From Octopus sinensis (lineage: Eukaryota), in NCBI RefSeq assembly GCF_006345805.1, contig NC_043007.1, forward strand, positions 3,782,001-3,846,000: DNA of 64,000 nucleotides, read 5' to 3'. Position 1 is the stretch's first letter, and the number at the start of each line of letters is the position of its first letter. Shown in pieces: positions 51,186 through 64,000 of the stretch. The notes under the pieces are model-generated. The model did not search any database. It saw only the letters and a list, made by a program, of their open reading frames with translations, and had not been told where the DNA came from. Both the position numbers and the translations under genes were made by a program.

Positions 51186-52802
51186 GAAGAGCATGACTGT
51201 TATTGAATGAACAATATTTCGACATCTTGTGTGTCTTCCACAAATTCAAAATAATCAATAATAATAATAATAATGATGATGATGATTTATTTGTGTATGA
51301 ATTATGTAGCCACTATCTTCTTTGACATATCCTCCCATTTCTGAAAGGAGTAATCAAAAACAATAAGAGGGTGTTGTGCAATGAGCCCTGACCAATTCAT
51401 TTTGGATAAACGAGCAATAAAAAGATGTTACTATTACAGGCTAAAAAAAACGGTGCTCCACAACTAACACCGCACCAAATGCGAGCTAAGTGCATTGACC
51501 TTAAACATTCTTGTAAACCATTGCAATACACAATATTCTGTCTTGTAAGATTCTGTTTATTCTAGAAATTCATTTGTTTGTTTGTTGATAACATTTAAAC
51601 ATGATAGCAAAAAATATATATATATATATATAGACATGTAAAGGATATTGACTTATTTCACAGAAAGGATTTGCAAACAATGTGGTTGAAGTGTACATAT
51701 TTTAATAATGCTCTGTCTTGTCTGTTCAAATAGAAGACTGTTGTGAGTTATTTAAGTGAGACAAGCTTTGACAAGTATCACTGAGGCCTTTTTCTGCTCT
51801 CATCAACATGACTGGCTAAATATTCATTTATTCAAACATTTCTTCATAAATGCATATTCATAAGTTTATATGCAAAGATATTTTATCGACTTCAAATATG
51901 TTGGCCTACATACAACACAAAAAAAAAATGTAGATATTTTGAAAGCAGCCCCCCTCCCCACACACACATGCATGCACACACACACATACAAGCACGCACG
52001 CATGCACACATGCTCAAAGCAATGGCATGGCTCTGTGGTTAAAAAGTGTGCTTTGGCAACTTCCATATTTTTTATGTTCACTCCCACTGCATGACACCTT
52101 AGGCAAGTGTTTTCACTCTACCCTGAGCTGACCAATGCTTTCTGAGTCAATTTATTAGATGGAAACTGTACTAAGCCCACTGTGTGTGTGTGTGTGAGAA
52201 TGCACATGAATCTTGAATATTTTGCTTGTTATTGTCCAAGTATAGTGGTGCTGGTGCTGACGTTCCTAGATCACATTATGTCTGGTTGTTTTGTGCTCTC
52301 AAAGACCAGTGGAATATAAATATTCTTTAACTTAGAAACCAGATGAGGGTTATTGAGAGGAAGAACTATCAGCTGTAGAATCCTGCCCTCAAAACCAATT
52401 TCCCATTTCTAGCATAGAAAAACCATATACTAAACAGATGATACCCACTTACCTACCTACCTACCAACCAACCCACCTACCTACTTATTTACATACATAC
52501 ATACATACATACCAAAGATTGAAGGATCCTTGAATCTAGGTAAGAAACCTATTCTTTCTCTATTGGCAAGAAATCTTGAAATAAATTGAATAACGACATA
52601 CATACATACATACATACATACATACATACACATGCACACATACATACCTGTACACATACATACATACGTATATACATACATACATACATACACATGCACA
52701 CATACATACCTGTACACATACATACATACATGAAAGGTTGCTATAAACTGAGCACCAGTCTCAAAGAACTTAAGACAGAGTTGAATATTGAGAACATTAT
52801 CA

Positions 52803-53334
52803 TGTGATGAAACTTCACAGCTTATTTTGCTGGGTGTGACGCAAAGTGTCAGCTGTCCACAGCCAGCAGACTAAGTTTACTGGTCATGCTTCAAGAATCT
52901 TGCGCAAAATTCTTGCAGTTCCAAGCAATGCTGATCTTTGTAGGCATTTTACCTTTGCATTTGTACCAATCTTTTTGGTCATGTTGGTAGTTGAGTGCTG
53001 ATACTTCTAAGCGCACCAACTACTATTGGTACCACGTTTACTCTCCTAATTGTCCACAACCTTGTATTTCCCACTTCAAATCATCAGAGCTGTTCAGCTT
53101 TTCTTCTTTCTCTTTGACCCTGTTGTCCCTGGGATATGCTATGTCGATTATCATGCATGTTCTTCCTTTTTTTTTCACCACAACAATGTCCAGTTTCTGA
53201 TGTCTGGTCAGGTAATCGCATAGGATTTTGCAATTTTCATTCTTGGTGACTGCTTCTGGGGTTTGCTCATACTGCGTCTTTGATCTTTGTAGGCCGTGAT
53301 TGCCAAAGAGCTCCAAATGGATCATTGTTGCCAT
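52803..53334 (-). mobile_element. R4/Dong-type 3' fragment D
   Basis: YEQTPEAVTKNENCKILCD..DIVVV..MIIDIAYPRDNRVKEKEEK..VPIVVGAL..SALLGTARILRKILE; starts in an (AAT)n remnant. Confidence 0.78.
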
Positions 53335-54356
53335 ATTATTATTAGTATTATTATTAAGTGGCTATATAATCTACTCCACATGAGCTTTTCATTTGTAAAT
53401 TTTAAGCAGAATGAAACATATGGCCAACTGTAATGAATCACATTTATTTTAATGCACTGCAAAATAACGACAACACCAATAATGTGTGTGGTGTGTGTGT
53501 GTGGGTTATATATATATATATGTGTAAGTGTCTATATATATATATGTGTGTGTGTGTGTTTGTGCGTGTAGGGGGGTTATATATATATACATGTGTAAGT
53601 GTCTATATATATGTGTGTGTGTGTAAGTGTCTATATATATATATATATATGTGTATGTATGTATGCATGTATGTATGTGTTTGTATGTGTATGTATATAT
53701 ACATATATGCATATATATATTTAAGTTTTCATTTGTACACAATAACCTGAAACAAACACTGAGAACTGTTGTGCTTCTGATGGTCAAGTTGTGTATTTCT
53801 TTCTGTCTTAACGAATGCGGTCTTGTAAAAACGAAATTATTTGATTTATTTATTTATAAAAATCCTGTAATATGATTGCAGATCCTTGTACGCATAAGAT
53901 ATTAAATTATGTTAATTCATCACTAAATTATGACTAAGAAATAATTCACTGTAATATAGTGTATTTCAATGCATCAGCCTAAGCATCCATCCGTTGATCC
54001 ATCCATCAATCCACCCATTCATACATACATACATACATACACACAGACACACTCACACACATGCACACACACATACGTACATACATACATGTATATACAC
54101 ACACATTTAACTTAACAAATGTAATGAACATTGTAAGATGTTCTCTGAAGTTTTCCTTCTTTCTTAACGAACCGCCTGATTAAATATATCGTTTATCTAA
54201 TTATTCATTTAATATTCATTGCAACATAATTTCAATTTATGAATTTGTAAAAGTACTTTGGTATATCAGTTCAAATTTAATTCCTTCAAAATATAGGTAC
54301 GTTATTACAATTAATCCACAATTTAAATCAATGCATTTGCCTTTGTGGGGTTACCT

Positions 54357-54587
54357 ATTTCTTTACTACCCAAAGGGGCTAAACACAGAGGGGACAGACA
54401 AAGGACAGACAAATGGATTAAGTTGATTACATTGACTCCAGTGCATAACTGGTACTTATTTTATCGATTCTGAAAGGATGAAAGGCAAAGTCGACCTTGG
54501 CGGAATTTGAACTCAGAACGTAGCGGCAGACGAAATATCGCTAAGCATTTTGCCTGGTGTGCTAACATTTCTGCCAGCTCACCGCCC
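54357..54587 (-). mobile_element. SINE family B, long tail
   Basis: Consensus; TSD tttgtggggttaccta. Confidence 0.88.
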
Positions 54588-55044
54588 TTTTGTGGGGTTA
54601 CCTAACCAGCAGCAAATAGCAGCCAAATGGCCCCACAAATCACATCCTACAGTCTTAAAGAAGGAAGGATATACTTGATATTGTTGCTAAGTCATGAGCA
54701 GCCCAAGGGACTTTCTGGATGGTAAACCTAACGAAGGATTACCTTCAATTCTTGTGAGCCGTGTGACTTCCCTGATGATGATGATGTATGTCTCATGCAG
54801 CCCACATCTTGAAAATGTTGCCCATGCCTGATTTAGTCACTGATATACATCATCACAAGGTGGTCATTGGAATGTTTTGACCTTAGGTCTGCTGTATCAA
54901 AGCAGATCAGGGTCGGGGTGCTAAATGACAACAATACCATCAGTGGCAAGAACAACAGTTGCAATTGGGATAGACAGGATCTGTGCTGTTATTTCTATAA
55001 TAAGCCATTAAAAAACAGTCTGGGATGACTGAGTGGTTGTGAAG

Positions 55045-55325
55045 TTTGTTTAGCTGTCATGTGGTTTGGGGTTCCACACCAACATCGGTTGTCGAGCAAT
55101 GGTGGTGGGGTGGGGGCAACAAGCACAGACACACAATACATACATATATATCCATACATATATACGATGGGCTTCTATCAATTTCCATCTACCAAATCCA
55201 CTTGCAAGGCTTTGGACAGCCCGAGGCTATAGTAAAAGACATTTGCCCAAGGTGCCACACAGGGGACTGAAATTGGAACCATGCGGTTTGGGAAGCAAGC
55301 TTCTTACCACACAGCCACACCTGCG

Positions 55326-55327
<2 letters not shown>
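55045..55327 (-). mobile_element. SINE family A
   Basis: Reverse complement of head, core and part of the tail. Confidence 0.78.
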
Positions 55328-55362
<35 letters not shown>

Positions 55363-55598
55363 GGAAAGTAAGAAGAAAAATAAGCAAAAATGCACATTGG
55401 AAATCAAAAAAAGTAAAGGCTTTTTATGAAAAGTAATGATAGATATATACAATTAGACAAACTGAGGTAGGAATAAAAGTAATAAAAGTCATTATTGTGA
55501 ATTGTTAAAGAGATTTAAAAGCATACAGGTTTCGTGAATTTACTAATCATTGGTTGGAATGCACACTGATTGGTGTGACAGAGTGCCAGTTGTTGTTG

Positions 55599-55634
<36 letters not shown>

Positions 55635-55645
55635 ATGTGTGTGTG

Positions 55646-56279
55646 AAACAAATCAAAATAGATGAACATCAATGGAATTTGTATCTTTGTGGTACCAGTG
55701 CCGGTGGCACGTGGCACATAAGAAAACCATCCGAACGTGGCCGTAGCCAGTACCGCATCGACTGGCCTCCGTGCTGTGGGCACGTAACAAGCACCATCCG
55801 ATCGTGGCCGTTTGCCAGCCTCATCTGGCACCTGTGTCGGTGGCACATAAAAAACACCATCCGAGCGTGGCCGTCTGCCAGCCTCGTCTGGCACCTGTGT
55901 CGGTGGCACATAAAAAACACCATCCGAGCATGGCCGTCTGCCAGCCTCGTCTGGCACCTGTGTCGGTGGCACATAAAAAACACCATCCGAGCGTGGCCGT
56001 CTGCCAGCCTCGTCTGGCACCTGTGTCGGTGGCACATAAAAAACACCATCCGAGCGTGGCCGTTTGCCAGCCTCGTCTGGCACCTGTGTCGGTGGCACAT
56101 AAAATCACCCACTACACTCTCGGAGTGGTTGGCGTTAGGAAGGGCATCCAGCTGTAGAAACACTGCCAGATCTGACTGGACTGGTGCAGCTTTCGGGCTC
56201 CCCAGACCCCAGTTGAACCGTCCAACCCATGCTAGCATGGAAGGCGGACGTTAAATGATGATGATGATGATGATGATGA
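55646..56279 (+). mobile_element. RTE 3'UTR-only copy with five 63-bp units
   Basis: Nearly identical to 9609-10046 apart from 3 extra units; caccat recurs at 55792, 55855, 55918, 55981 and 56044. Confidence 0.92.
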
Positions 56280-56867
56280 TTGCGTAAAAGCGTTGAACAA
56301 ATAAATTGGTGACATTTGTTGGTATTTTCAGTAAAAAAAAAACAAAAAAACCATCCTCAAGCTCTGCACTTTCAAAAACTTGTGGAATAAAAATAATCTT
56401 TTACTTGCAAAACATGTAAGGGTATGCAACAGGAAAGGCATCCAGCTATATAAACACTGTCTTCATCCAACTTAGGCTTTGCTTGGAAAAATGGATGTAG
56501 ATCAAAGGATCGTGCATGAAATTGTATGTCTGCAGATAAGGTATTACAACAAAATGGCTTCAGGAATTAACAGCATTGATCTGATCATAGATTTACTTAA
56601 CCAACGACAAAGCCCGTATGTGTTTGATCTACTTGCCAGACATAGAAGTCAAATCTTATGCAAGTCAAAGCCTACTATCATAAAAAAGGGAAGGATACAC
56701 AAGAAATTTTAGTCCTAGGTATTCCACCTAAATATGGATAGTCATGGCTGGAATGCATACGTTTAACTATTGTTTCTATGCTAAACATTCAATGGAAAAG
56801 AAAAAAACTTTCTATATTTTTGTTTCCACTTTGCAATATTCTGACTCTCTCAGATCTTATTTTTTTT

Positions 56868-57330
56868 TATTCATTAATAATCTTTGATATAATTGCAGAT
56901 TCATGTACAAACGGAAAACAAAAATGTTTAGCTTATCCATTCAAATATGATTAACAAACAATATGGCTGAAGTGTACATATTTTAATTCACTGATCCGGA
57001 CGATTCATAACTGATGCAAAGTACGGATAAGCTTTCAACAGAATCTTTTTTTTTTGCTTTTTCTCTTCTTTTACACACTGTCTGGTCAAATATTTATTTA
57101 ATTATTTATATATTCAATAATAATCCTCAATACTGTTGCAGCTACATGAACATAAGTATATAAATATGAATAAATAAAGGGCCGTTGCTTTATCTGTTCC
57201 CCAATGTGCTAAATGTACAAAGAAACATGGCTGCGATGTACATTATTTTAATGTGGTGACATGAAACACACCTGTAACCGTTGCAATTTTGATAGACAAG
57301 CAAGCTTTGTGAAACGCTTCCTCACATCAT

Positions 57331-57397
<67 letters not shown>

Positions 57398-57623
57398 TTC
57401 TTTCTCCCCTATCAAGCTGTCTGATCAAATATTTATTATTTATTCATTAATAATCTTGAATATAATAATTGCAGGTACATGAACTTAGAAAAAGAAAAAG
57501 AAAGAAAGAAAGAAGGAAAGAAGTGTGACTTTTATACACTTCTGTGTGATGATCGGCAAACAAAAAGGGAAAGAGAGAGAGAGTGAGTGAGTATTTGTGT
57601 GTGTGTGTGTGTGCATACATAGA

Positions 57624-57675
<52 letters not shown>

Positions 57676-58156
57676 TACATACACATATATACATATTCTG
57701 TATTATATATAATGTATAATATGTGTGTGTGCGTGCACGTGTGTGTGTGCATGTGTGTGTGCATACATACATACATGCATATATATATATATACACACAC
57801 ATACACAGATATACATATATTGTGTTATATATAATATATATATGTGTGTGTGTGTGCGTGTATGTATGTATGTCTGCATATTCATACAAGTATGGAAAGT
57901 GGATGTGTACATACATACATACACATAAAAAGCCATCTCACAAACATATACTTATACACACACACACACACACACACACACATGCATTCATACATACATA
58001 CAATAGTTTTAAAGCGATGAAAAAACAGAAATAAAAGACAGATGGGCATTAATAAGCTTAGAGATTTTCCATCATCCTTTTGGTTTTTTTTGCATCCAGT
58101 AATAATAAAAGAGTCTGGACGTTGATAATCTTTAACATAATTGCAGATACATGAAC
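56868..58156. repeat. Ancient ~240-bp tandem module inflated by microsatellites
   Basis: taat(c)..ataattgcag.tacatgaac recurs near 56893, 57136, 57469 and 58141; other blocks recur in the same order. Confidence 0.65.
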
Positions 58157-58408
58157 TCTTTAAGAGAAATTACTTTCATGTGCTTAAATGTCACCATAGG
58201 TTTTACTGGTTCATGAAGTAGGGATGGATTAATGAAGCATAAAATGATATGAGAAGACAATTTCTCTAATGGAAGATCTATAAAGGGATTATATTGTACG
58301 TGAGCCAAACTGAAGGAATTGGTGCTTGGCTAATTTTGTCTCTTATTCATCTGATATAAGACACCGTGGATAAATAAATAAGAAAAAAGAAAAAAGATTG
58401 CTGTTAGC

Positions 58409-58439
<31 letters not shown>

Positions 58440-58800
58440 CTTCTTCTTCTTCTTCTTCTTCTTCTTCTTCTTTATTCTTCTCTTCCTCCTCCTCTTTTAT
58501 CTTTTCTTCTACCTCCTCCTCTTTTTCCTCATCTTCTTCTCCTCTGCATTCACCTCCTTCTTCATTTCTATTCCATACTGTTGTCCATCCTTATACAGTT
58601 CCAGTATTGCATCAGTTTTTTTTTCTGCGGGAACAGGTTGTTAACCCCTCACTCAACCTGTCCCCATATCTGGAGAAAGTGATACTCTGAGCGGTCCTCT
58701 ATGACTCTTCATGTAGCACAACATACGTGATTCTGCAGGAGAGTGAAGGTGAGCAAGGAAACAAGGAATCAAGAGAGCAAGAGTGCAAAAGAAAAAAGAG

Positions 58801-58842
<42 letters not shown>

Positions 58843-59371
58843 AAGATGTCCATATACACAATTTAATCAAACCAGTTCTCTGGTCTGAGTATAATCTACG
58901 AGTCCTGGTTTCTTCCATTCTTTACTAACCTCACCAGTCTCGGAGACCTTGTACAAGGGTCATGTGTGCCACCGTTTCTCTGTTGACTAAACCGCACACA
59001 AAAATAAATATTTCTAAACAATTTTGAATTTGGTTTCCCGACCCACCTGCCCCCCTTCCACTTCCATTCACTCTGGAAACTTTTACTAAAAATATTTGGC
59101 CCTAAAAGGTTGCTCTACATCCTCTTGAAAGCTGAAGTATAACTATTCATAGACTTTTAAGAATGGTTCTTATCAGCAGTCTATCATATGCATGTTTCAC
59201 ATAATCAGAGAATCCCCACAAAACCTGGATTATCCTGTCTACCAAAAGCAAGTGGGTTCCCCATTTGTGTTTCTTTGGCTGACAGCCACATGTTCAGAAC
59301 CAACTCATTCAACTGAGCCATGTTTGCTACATGAAGAGGATAACAGTAATTACTGTAATGATTATGATGAA

Positions 59372-59872
59372 GAAAACCTGTTGAGGCAAGTGAAATCGAA
59401 ATCAAATTTGATGGCTGGCATCCTTGCTAGTGGAGCGCTAAGAGTACCATATGAGTGAGATCGTTGCCAGAGCAACAAGCTGGCATCCATGCCGATGGCA
59501 CGTTAAAAACACCATTTGAACATTATCGTTACCTGCATCACTTTACTAGCACTTGTGCTGGTGGCACATGAAAAGAAAATTTTGAGCGATGTCGTTGCCA
59601 GTGCCGCTGGACTGGCTCCTGTGCAGGTAGTACATAAAAAGCATCATTTGAACGTGGCCGTTACCAGTACCGCCTGACTGGTCCTCACGCCGGTGGCACG
59701 TAAAAGCACTCACTACACTCTTGGAGTGGTTGATGTTAGGAAGGGCATCCAGCTGTAGAAACTCTGCCAGATCAGATTGGAGCCTGATGCAGCCATCTGG
59801 TTCGCCAGACCTCAGTCAAATCGTCCAACCCATGCTAGCATGGAAAGCGGACGTTAAACAATGATGATGATG
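59372..59872 (+). mobile_element. RTE 3'UTR copy, older subfamily, ~4 tandem units
   Basis: gaaaacctgttgaggcaagt start, terminal motif, GAT tail. Confidence 0.85.
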
Positions 59873-60129
59873 ATAATAATAATAATGAAACCAGTCGTAC
59901 CAAACAAATGAACAAATGAATATACAGTCATATTTATATGTATTTTTGCTCTAGTGTACTATTAAGTGTATCTATGGATTTCTGTCTTTTTAGCCAACTC
60001 TGTATTTATTGATGAATGTAAACAACAAGTCTCAAACAGAAAAGCAGGGAATTGCTATACAAACCATGATTCAGTCTATGTTTCATTTATCATAGAATAC
60101 AATATTGCTAAAATAAAAATCTATATACA

Positions 60130-60545
60130 GGCATAAGCATGGCTGTGTGACTGAGAAGTTTGTCTCCCAACCATGTGGTCTTGGGTTCAGTCTCACTGCC
60201 TGGCACCTTGGGCAAGTGTCTCCTATTATAAGACCTAGGCTGGCCTAAGCCTTGTGAGTGGATTTGACAGAAGGAAACAAAAAGAAGCATGTTCTATATA
60301 TGTATATATATATATATATATACATATATATATAACATATTGTGTGTGTGTGTTTGTCCCTACTGTTTCACAACCAGAGTTGGTTTGTTTGTGTCCTTAT
60401 AACTTCGTGGTTTGGCAAAAAAGATTGATAGAATAAGTACCAGGCTTAAAAAATAAGCACAGGAGTTTGCCAGTTTAGTTAAAACCCTTCAAGATGGTGC
60501 CTTAGTATGGCCACAGTCCAATGACTGAAACAAGTAAAAGATAAA
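60130..60545 (+). mobile_element. SINE family A, old full-length copy
   Basis: Colinear with the consensus. Confidence 0.8.
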
Positions 60546-60964
60546 AAACAAAACACATATTCTATGGTGCATTATAGCAAATGAAACAAAATGACATCAC
60601 AATGCCACCAATGTCTCCTTCATTCCCTTGTGATATAAGGCCCTTAAGAGTCTGGTCAGCAGGTTTTTTCTCCCCTTTATCTATTTCTTAATCAAAAGGA
60701 AGATTAGTGTCCATGACCCTTTACAAGACCTTCAAGACAGTCAGGAGGAATGAAAGAAAGCATTGTCAAACTGCCGACCTGATCTAAATCCGTGCAACTG
60801 ATGTACTCAACTGGTCACCCAAGTGCCTGGGGAGGGTTTTAAAATGAGGGACATCATCCCTTCTGCTATCATATTTCAATGGAATTGCACTGTCTTTGTT
60901 TTAAGTAAATCTGAAATAATGTAAAATTTATCAAAATAACTTCTCCGTTATTGAGCAAGTGTTT

Positions 60965-61170
60965 AAGGTGGCAAATCATAAGCATGCTGGGCGAAATGCT
61001 TAAGTGGTATTTCGTCTGCCACTATGTTCTGAATTCAAATTTCACTGAGGTCGACTTTGCCTTTCATCCTTTCGGGGTCGATTAAATAAATACCAGTTAT
61101 GCACTGGGGTCAATGTTGTTGACTTGATCCTCTCCTCCAAGCTGCCCTTGTAGCAAAAATTTGAAATCAT
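60965..61170 (+). mobile_element. SINE family B, short tail
   Basis: Core gactttgcctttcatcctttcggggtcg. Confidence 0.75.
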
Positions 61171-61589
61171 TATTAAGCTAGTGTTTGGCACATAAATTAA
61201 CATAAATGTTTTTAGTTTGTTTGTTTTTGAAAGCCAAAACAATGCAAGTATGGAAATTAATGATACTGGTCAGTGGTTTGTCTTTTTACTTGATATTTCA
61301 GTATCTGAGAGTGAGGACTCCTTCTTCAGGAAATCGTCAGAGAAAAGATGTTAGCTGATTTCTGTACTAGGTGAAATTTTAGTGGAAGGTTTTAATTGAT
61401 CACTTGCAAACAGTAGGATTATAGGACAAGGGACGACCTCAGGCAGGTTTGGTATCAAAACGGTTTAGTCTGGTGAAGAAAAAACTGACTTTTTTCTCAA
61501 TGCTAGCAATTCATTTAGGTTTGCTCACTTCCATTTCTCAAAGGGCTGAGAAAAGTTAGCAGAAAACTACTTATCAAAATGAAAATTAA

Positions 61590-61980
61590 ATTCTTTTCTA
61601 CTCTAGGCACAAGCCTGAAACTTTTGGGGAGGGAGCCAGTTGATTAGATTGACCCTGGTACACAACTGGTACTTAATTTATTGACCTTGAAAAGATGAAA
61701 AGCAAAGTCAACCTCAGCAGAGTTTAAACTCAAAATATTAGAACAGACGAAATACCTATTTCTTTACTACCCACAAGGAGCTAAACACAGAGAGGACAAA
61801 CAAGGACAAATGGATTAAGTCGATTATATCGACCCCAGTGTGTAACTTATTTAATCGACCCCGAAAGGATGACAGGCAAAGTCGACCTTGGCGGAATTTG
61901 AACTCAGAATGTAACGGGAGACGAAATACCGCTAAGCATTTTGCCTGGTATACTAATATTTTTGCCAGCTCGCTGCCTTA
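61590..61980 (-). mobile_element. Compound SINE family B: long-tail body (61756-61919) inside a short-tail copy
   Basis: gacgaaatac at 61746-61755 and 61920-61929 brackets the insert. Confidence 0.8.
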
Positions 61981-62356
61981 AAGTGGAAATAAAAATTATG
62001 CTAGAAATGGCTCATTTGCATAATGGTTCAGGGTTGATGACCTGACAATAATTACCAGAGAACCAACGCAGTATGGGTTGCATAGGTTTGTTGCAAATGG
62101 CTACACTAATATTTCACCAGATTTACAGCTATTTTCACATTAATAAATTAACACCATTGCCGTGAATTGCATTAATTGTTGTTGTGGAAAGGATAGAAAA
62201 CAAGGAAATAAAGAAGAAATGAAATAGGCTACCACCACCACCACCATGACTACCATGACCATCACCACCACCACCACCACCACCATATTTACCATTATTT
62301 TAACTGGTTATGTATTCATGTGTCTAAGCAGGAATTGTCTTGGAATTGAGTTGAGA

Positions 62357-62418
<62 letters not shown>

Positions 62419-62632
62419 GAGAATGTGTGTGTGTGTGTATGTAGGAGGAAGATTTGAGGGTGTGTATGAGTATTTAGGAGAGTGTAATAAGAAACATTAT
62501 GGCAATCAACCACATCCGCACTACCCTCAGCATCTCATGCACATCAATCATTCCCATCATCACAATCTCCACCAACATCAGTAGCCATACCACAATCTGA
62601 AAGCCAATGATGGGGCTGCTACATGGTTAATC

Positions 62633-63017
62633 CGTGGAGGCGCAATGGACCAGTGGTTAGGGCAGCAGACTCACGGTCATAGGATCGCGGTTTCGATTCC
62701 CAGACCGGGTGTTGTGAGTATTTATTGAGCGAAAACACCTAAAGCTCCACGAGGCTCCGGCAGGGGATGGTGGTGATCCCTGCTGTACTCTTTCACCACA
62801 ACTTTCTCTCACTCTTACTTCCTGTTTCTGTTGTACCTGTATTTCAAAGGGCCGGCCTTGTCACTCTCTGTGTCACGCTGAATATCCCCGAGAACTATGT
62901 TAAGGGTACACGTGTCTGTGGAGTGCTCAGCCACTTACACGTTAATTTCACAAGCAGGCTGTTCCGTTGATTCGGATCAGCCGGAACCCTCGTCGTCGTA
63001 ACCGACGGAGTGCTTCC
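62633..63017 (+). mobile_element. SINE family C, tail type 3
   Basis: Same head and core as 4814 and 36901; 12-bp TSD acatggttaatc. Confidence 0.88.
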
Positions 63018-63439
63018 ACATGGTTAATCAACTTGTTAGAAATAGCAGTTAGATTTCCCTCAAATCATATTAAACTGTCATAACCATTGCACAACCATTT
63101 TTCTATTAGGACACACAACTTTTATTTTCTATTTCTATCAACTTTGCAAATAAAGAAAGAAAAAGAAAAAGTGTAAGATAACTTTGTTGTAATTAATCTG
63201 GTGTTTGGAGTATAACCTCATGAAATTTTGAGGGAAGGTTTCCCTCTGTATCCCTTTAAAACAAAGTTTGCATCATAGAATAAAAGGCAGTCTCAAGCGG
63301 GTTGGTATCAAATGGGTTAAGATAAACACACTGGATAATGTACTCCGGAGTATATAATATCTGAAGAAAGAAGGGATGGTCATGGCTGGAGTGCTTTGGA
63401 TCATAGGTCCACTTGATCAAGGCTAATCGAGAGTGAAAC

Positions 63440-64000
63440 GACAGCGATCACATTACCACCGCCTCCACCATCATCTTCATCATGGCTACTATCACCACCA
63501 CCACCACCACCATCACCACCACTACCACCACCACCACCACCACCACCATCATCATCATCATGGCTACTATCACCAATAAATTGTTTCAAAACAGCATTAT
63601 TGCCTCCTCATTCTTTCACCATCATCTCACCAACATTACAACCAGCATCGCCGACCCCCACTTCCTGCACCAAATCCTCTCAAAACACTACCTCACCCCT
63701 TTTCTACGACCACCAATACCCATAACTCAACCTTCATCCTACCATATTCCATACCACCACCTGCTCTACCACTCCTTCCACCACTACAAACTACAACAAC
63801 AACAACAGCCATAACCACCACAACCACACTCACCACCTCCACCAAACCTCTTTACTTCAACACTACTCCCCTCTTGTCTACTAAAAGCCACAACGCAACC
63901 AACATGCCACCACATCCTAAGCCATTATCCGCACCACCACCACCACCAGTTTCCCCCCTCACCGCTGCTGCCACCATAACCACTTTCAACCCCACCCTCC
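63440..64000. repeat. Decaying (ACC)n low-complexity tract
   Basis: Visible directly. Confidence 0.85.

Noticed and set aside
55725-56106. 63-bp palindromic tandem units as a CRISPR-like array or repeat protein
   Set aside because: Units abut with no unique spacers, there are no cas genes, and the array lies inside a LINE 3'UTR. The open frames arise only because 63 is a multiple of 3.

Overview
AT-rich, microsatellite-saturated eukaryotic DNA made up mostly of transposable-element debris. The SINE/LINE repertoire and the density of (CA)n, (TA)n, (CATA)n, (AAT)n and (GGT)n tracts suggest a coleoid cephalopod, probably Octopus; this is inference, not a database match. The only host gene I can call confidently is an intronless tRNA-Arg(UCU) at 29706-29778 (-). 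No host protein-coding gene is identifiable: nearly all listed ORFs are microsatellite translations, and the rest are TE fragments. Recognisable TEs: a young but disabled 5'-truncated RTE-clade LINE (7398-10046), a young 5'-truncated R4/Dong-type RLE retrotransposon (47933-49984) with four shorter relatives, several Tc1/mariner lineages, hAT-, piggyBac- and pogo-type MITEs, a non-autonomous Helitron, a 368-bp foldback, and three abundant tRNA-SINE groups. I cannot demonstrate a new biological system. The best leads are: (1) a C4HC3 PHD-type finger inside the RTE reverse transcriptase, (2) a variable-copy double-hairpin array in that LINE's 3'UTR, (3) a head-to-tail stack of three different Dong-type elements in one (AAT)n tract, (4) a SINE inserted twice at the same site within its own family, (5) a duplicated motif-rich module in a CpG-retaining island near the tRNA gene. 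Coordinates were counted by eye; ends of degenerate elements may be off by 10-20 bp. Family names come from recalled motifs.
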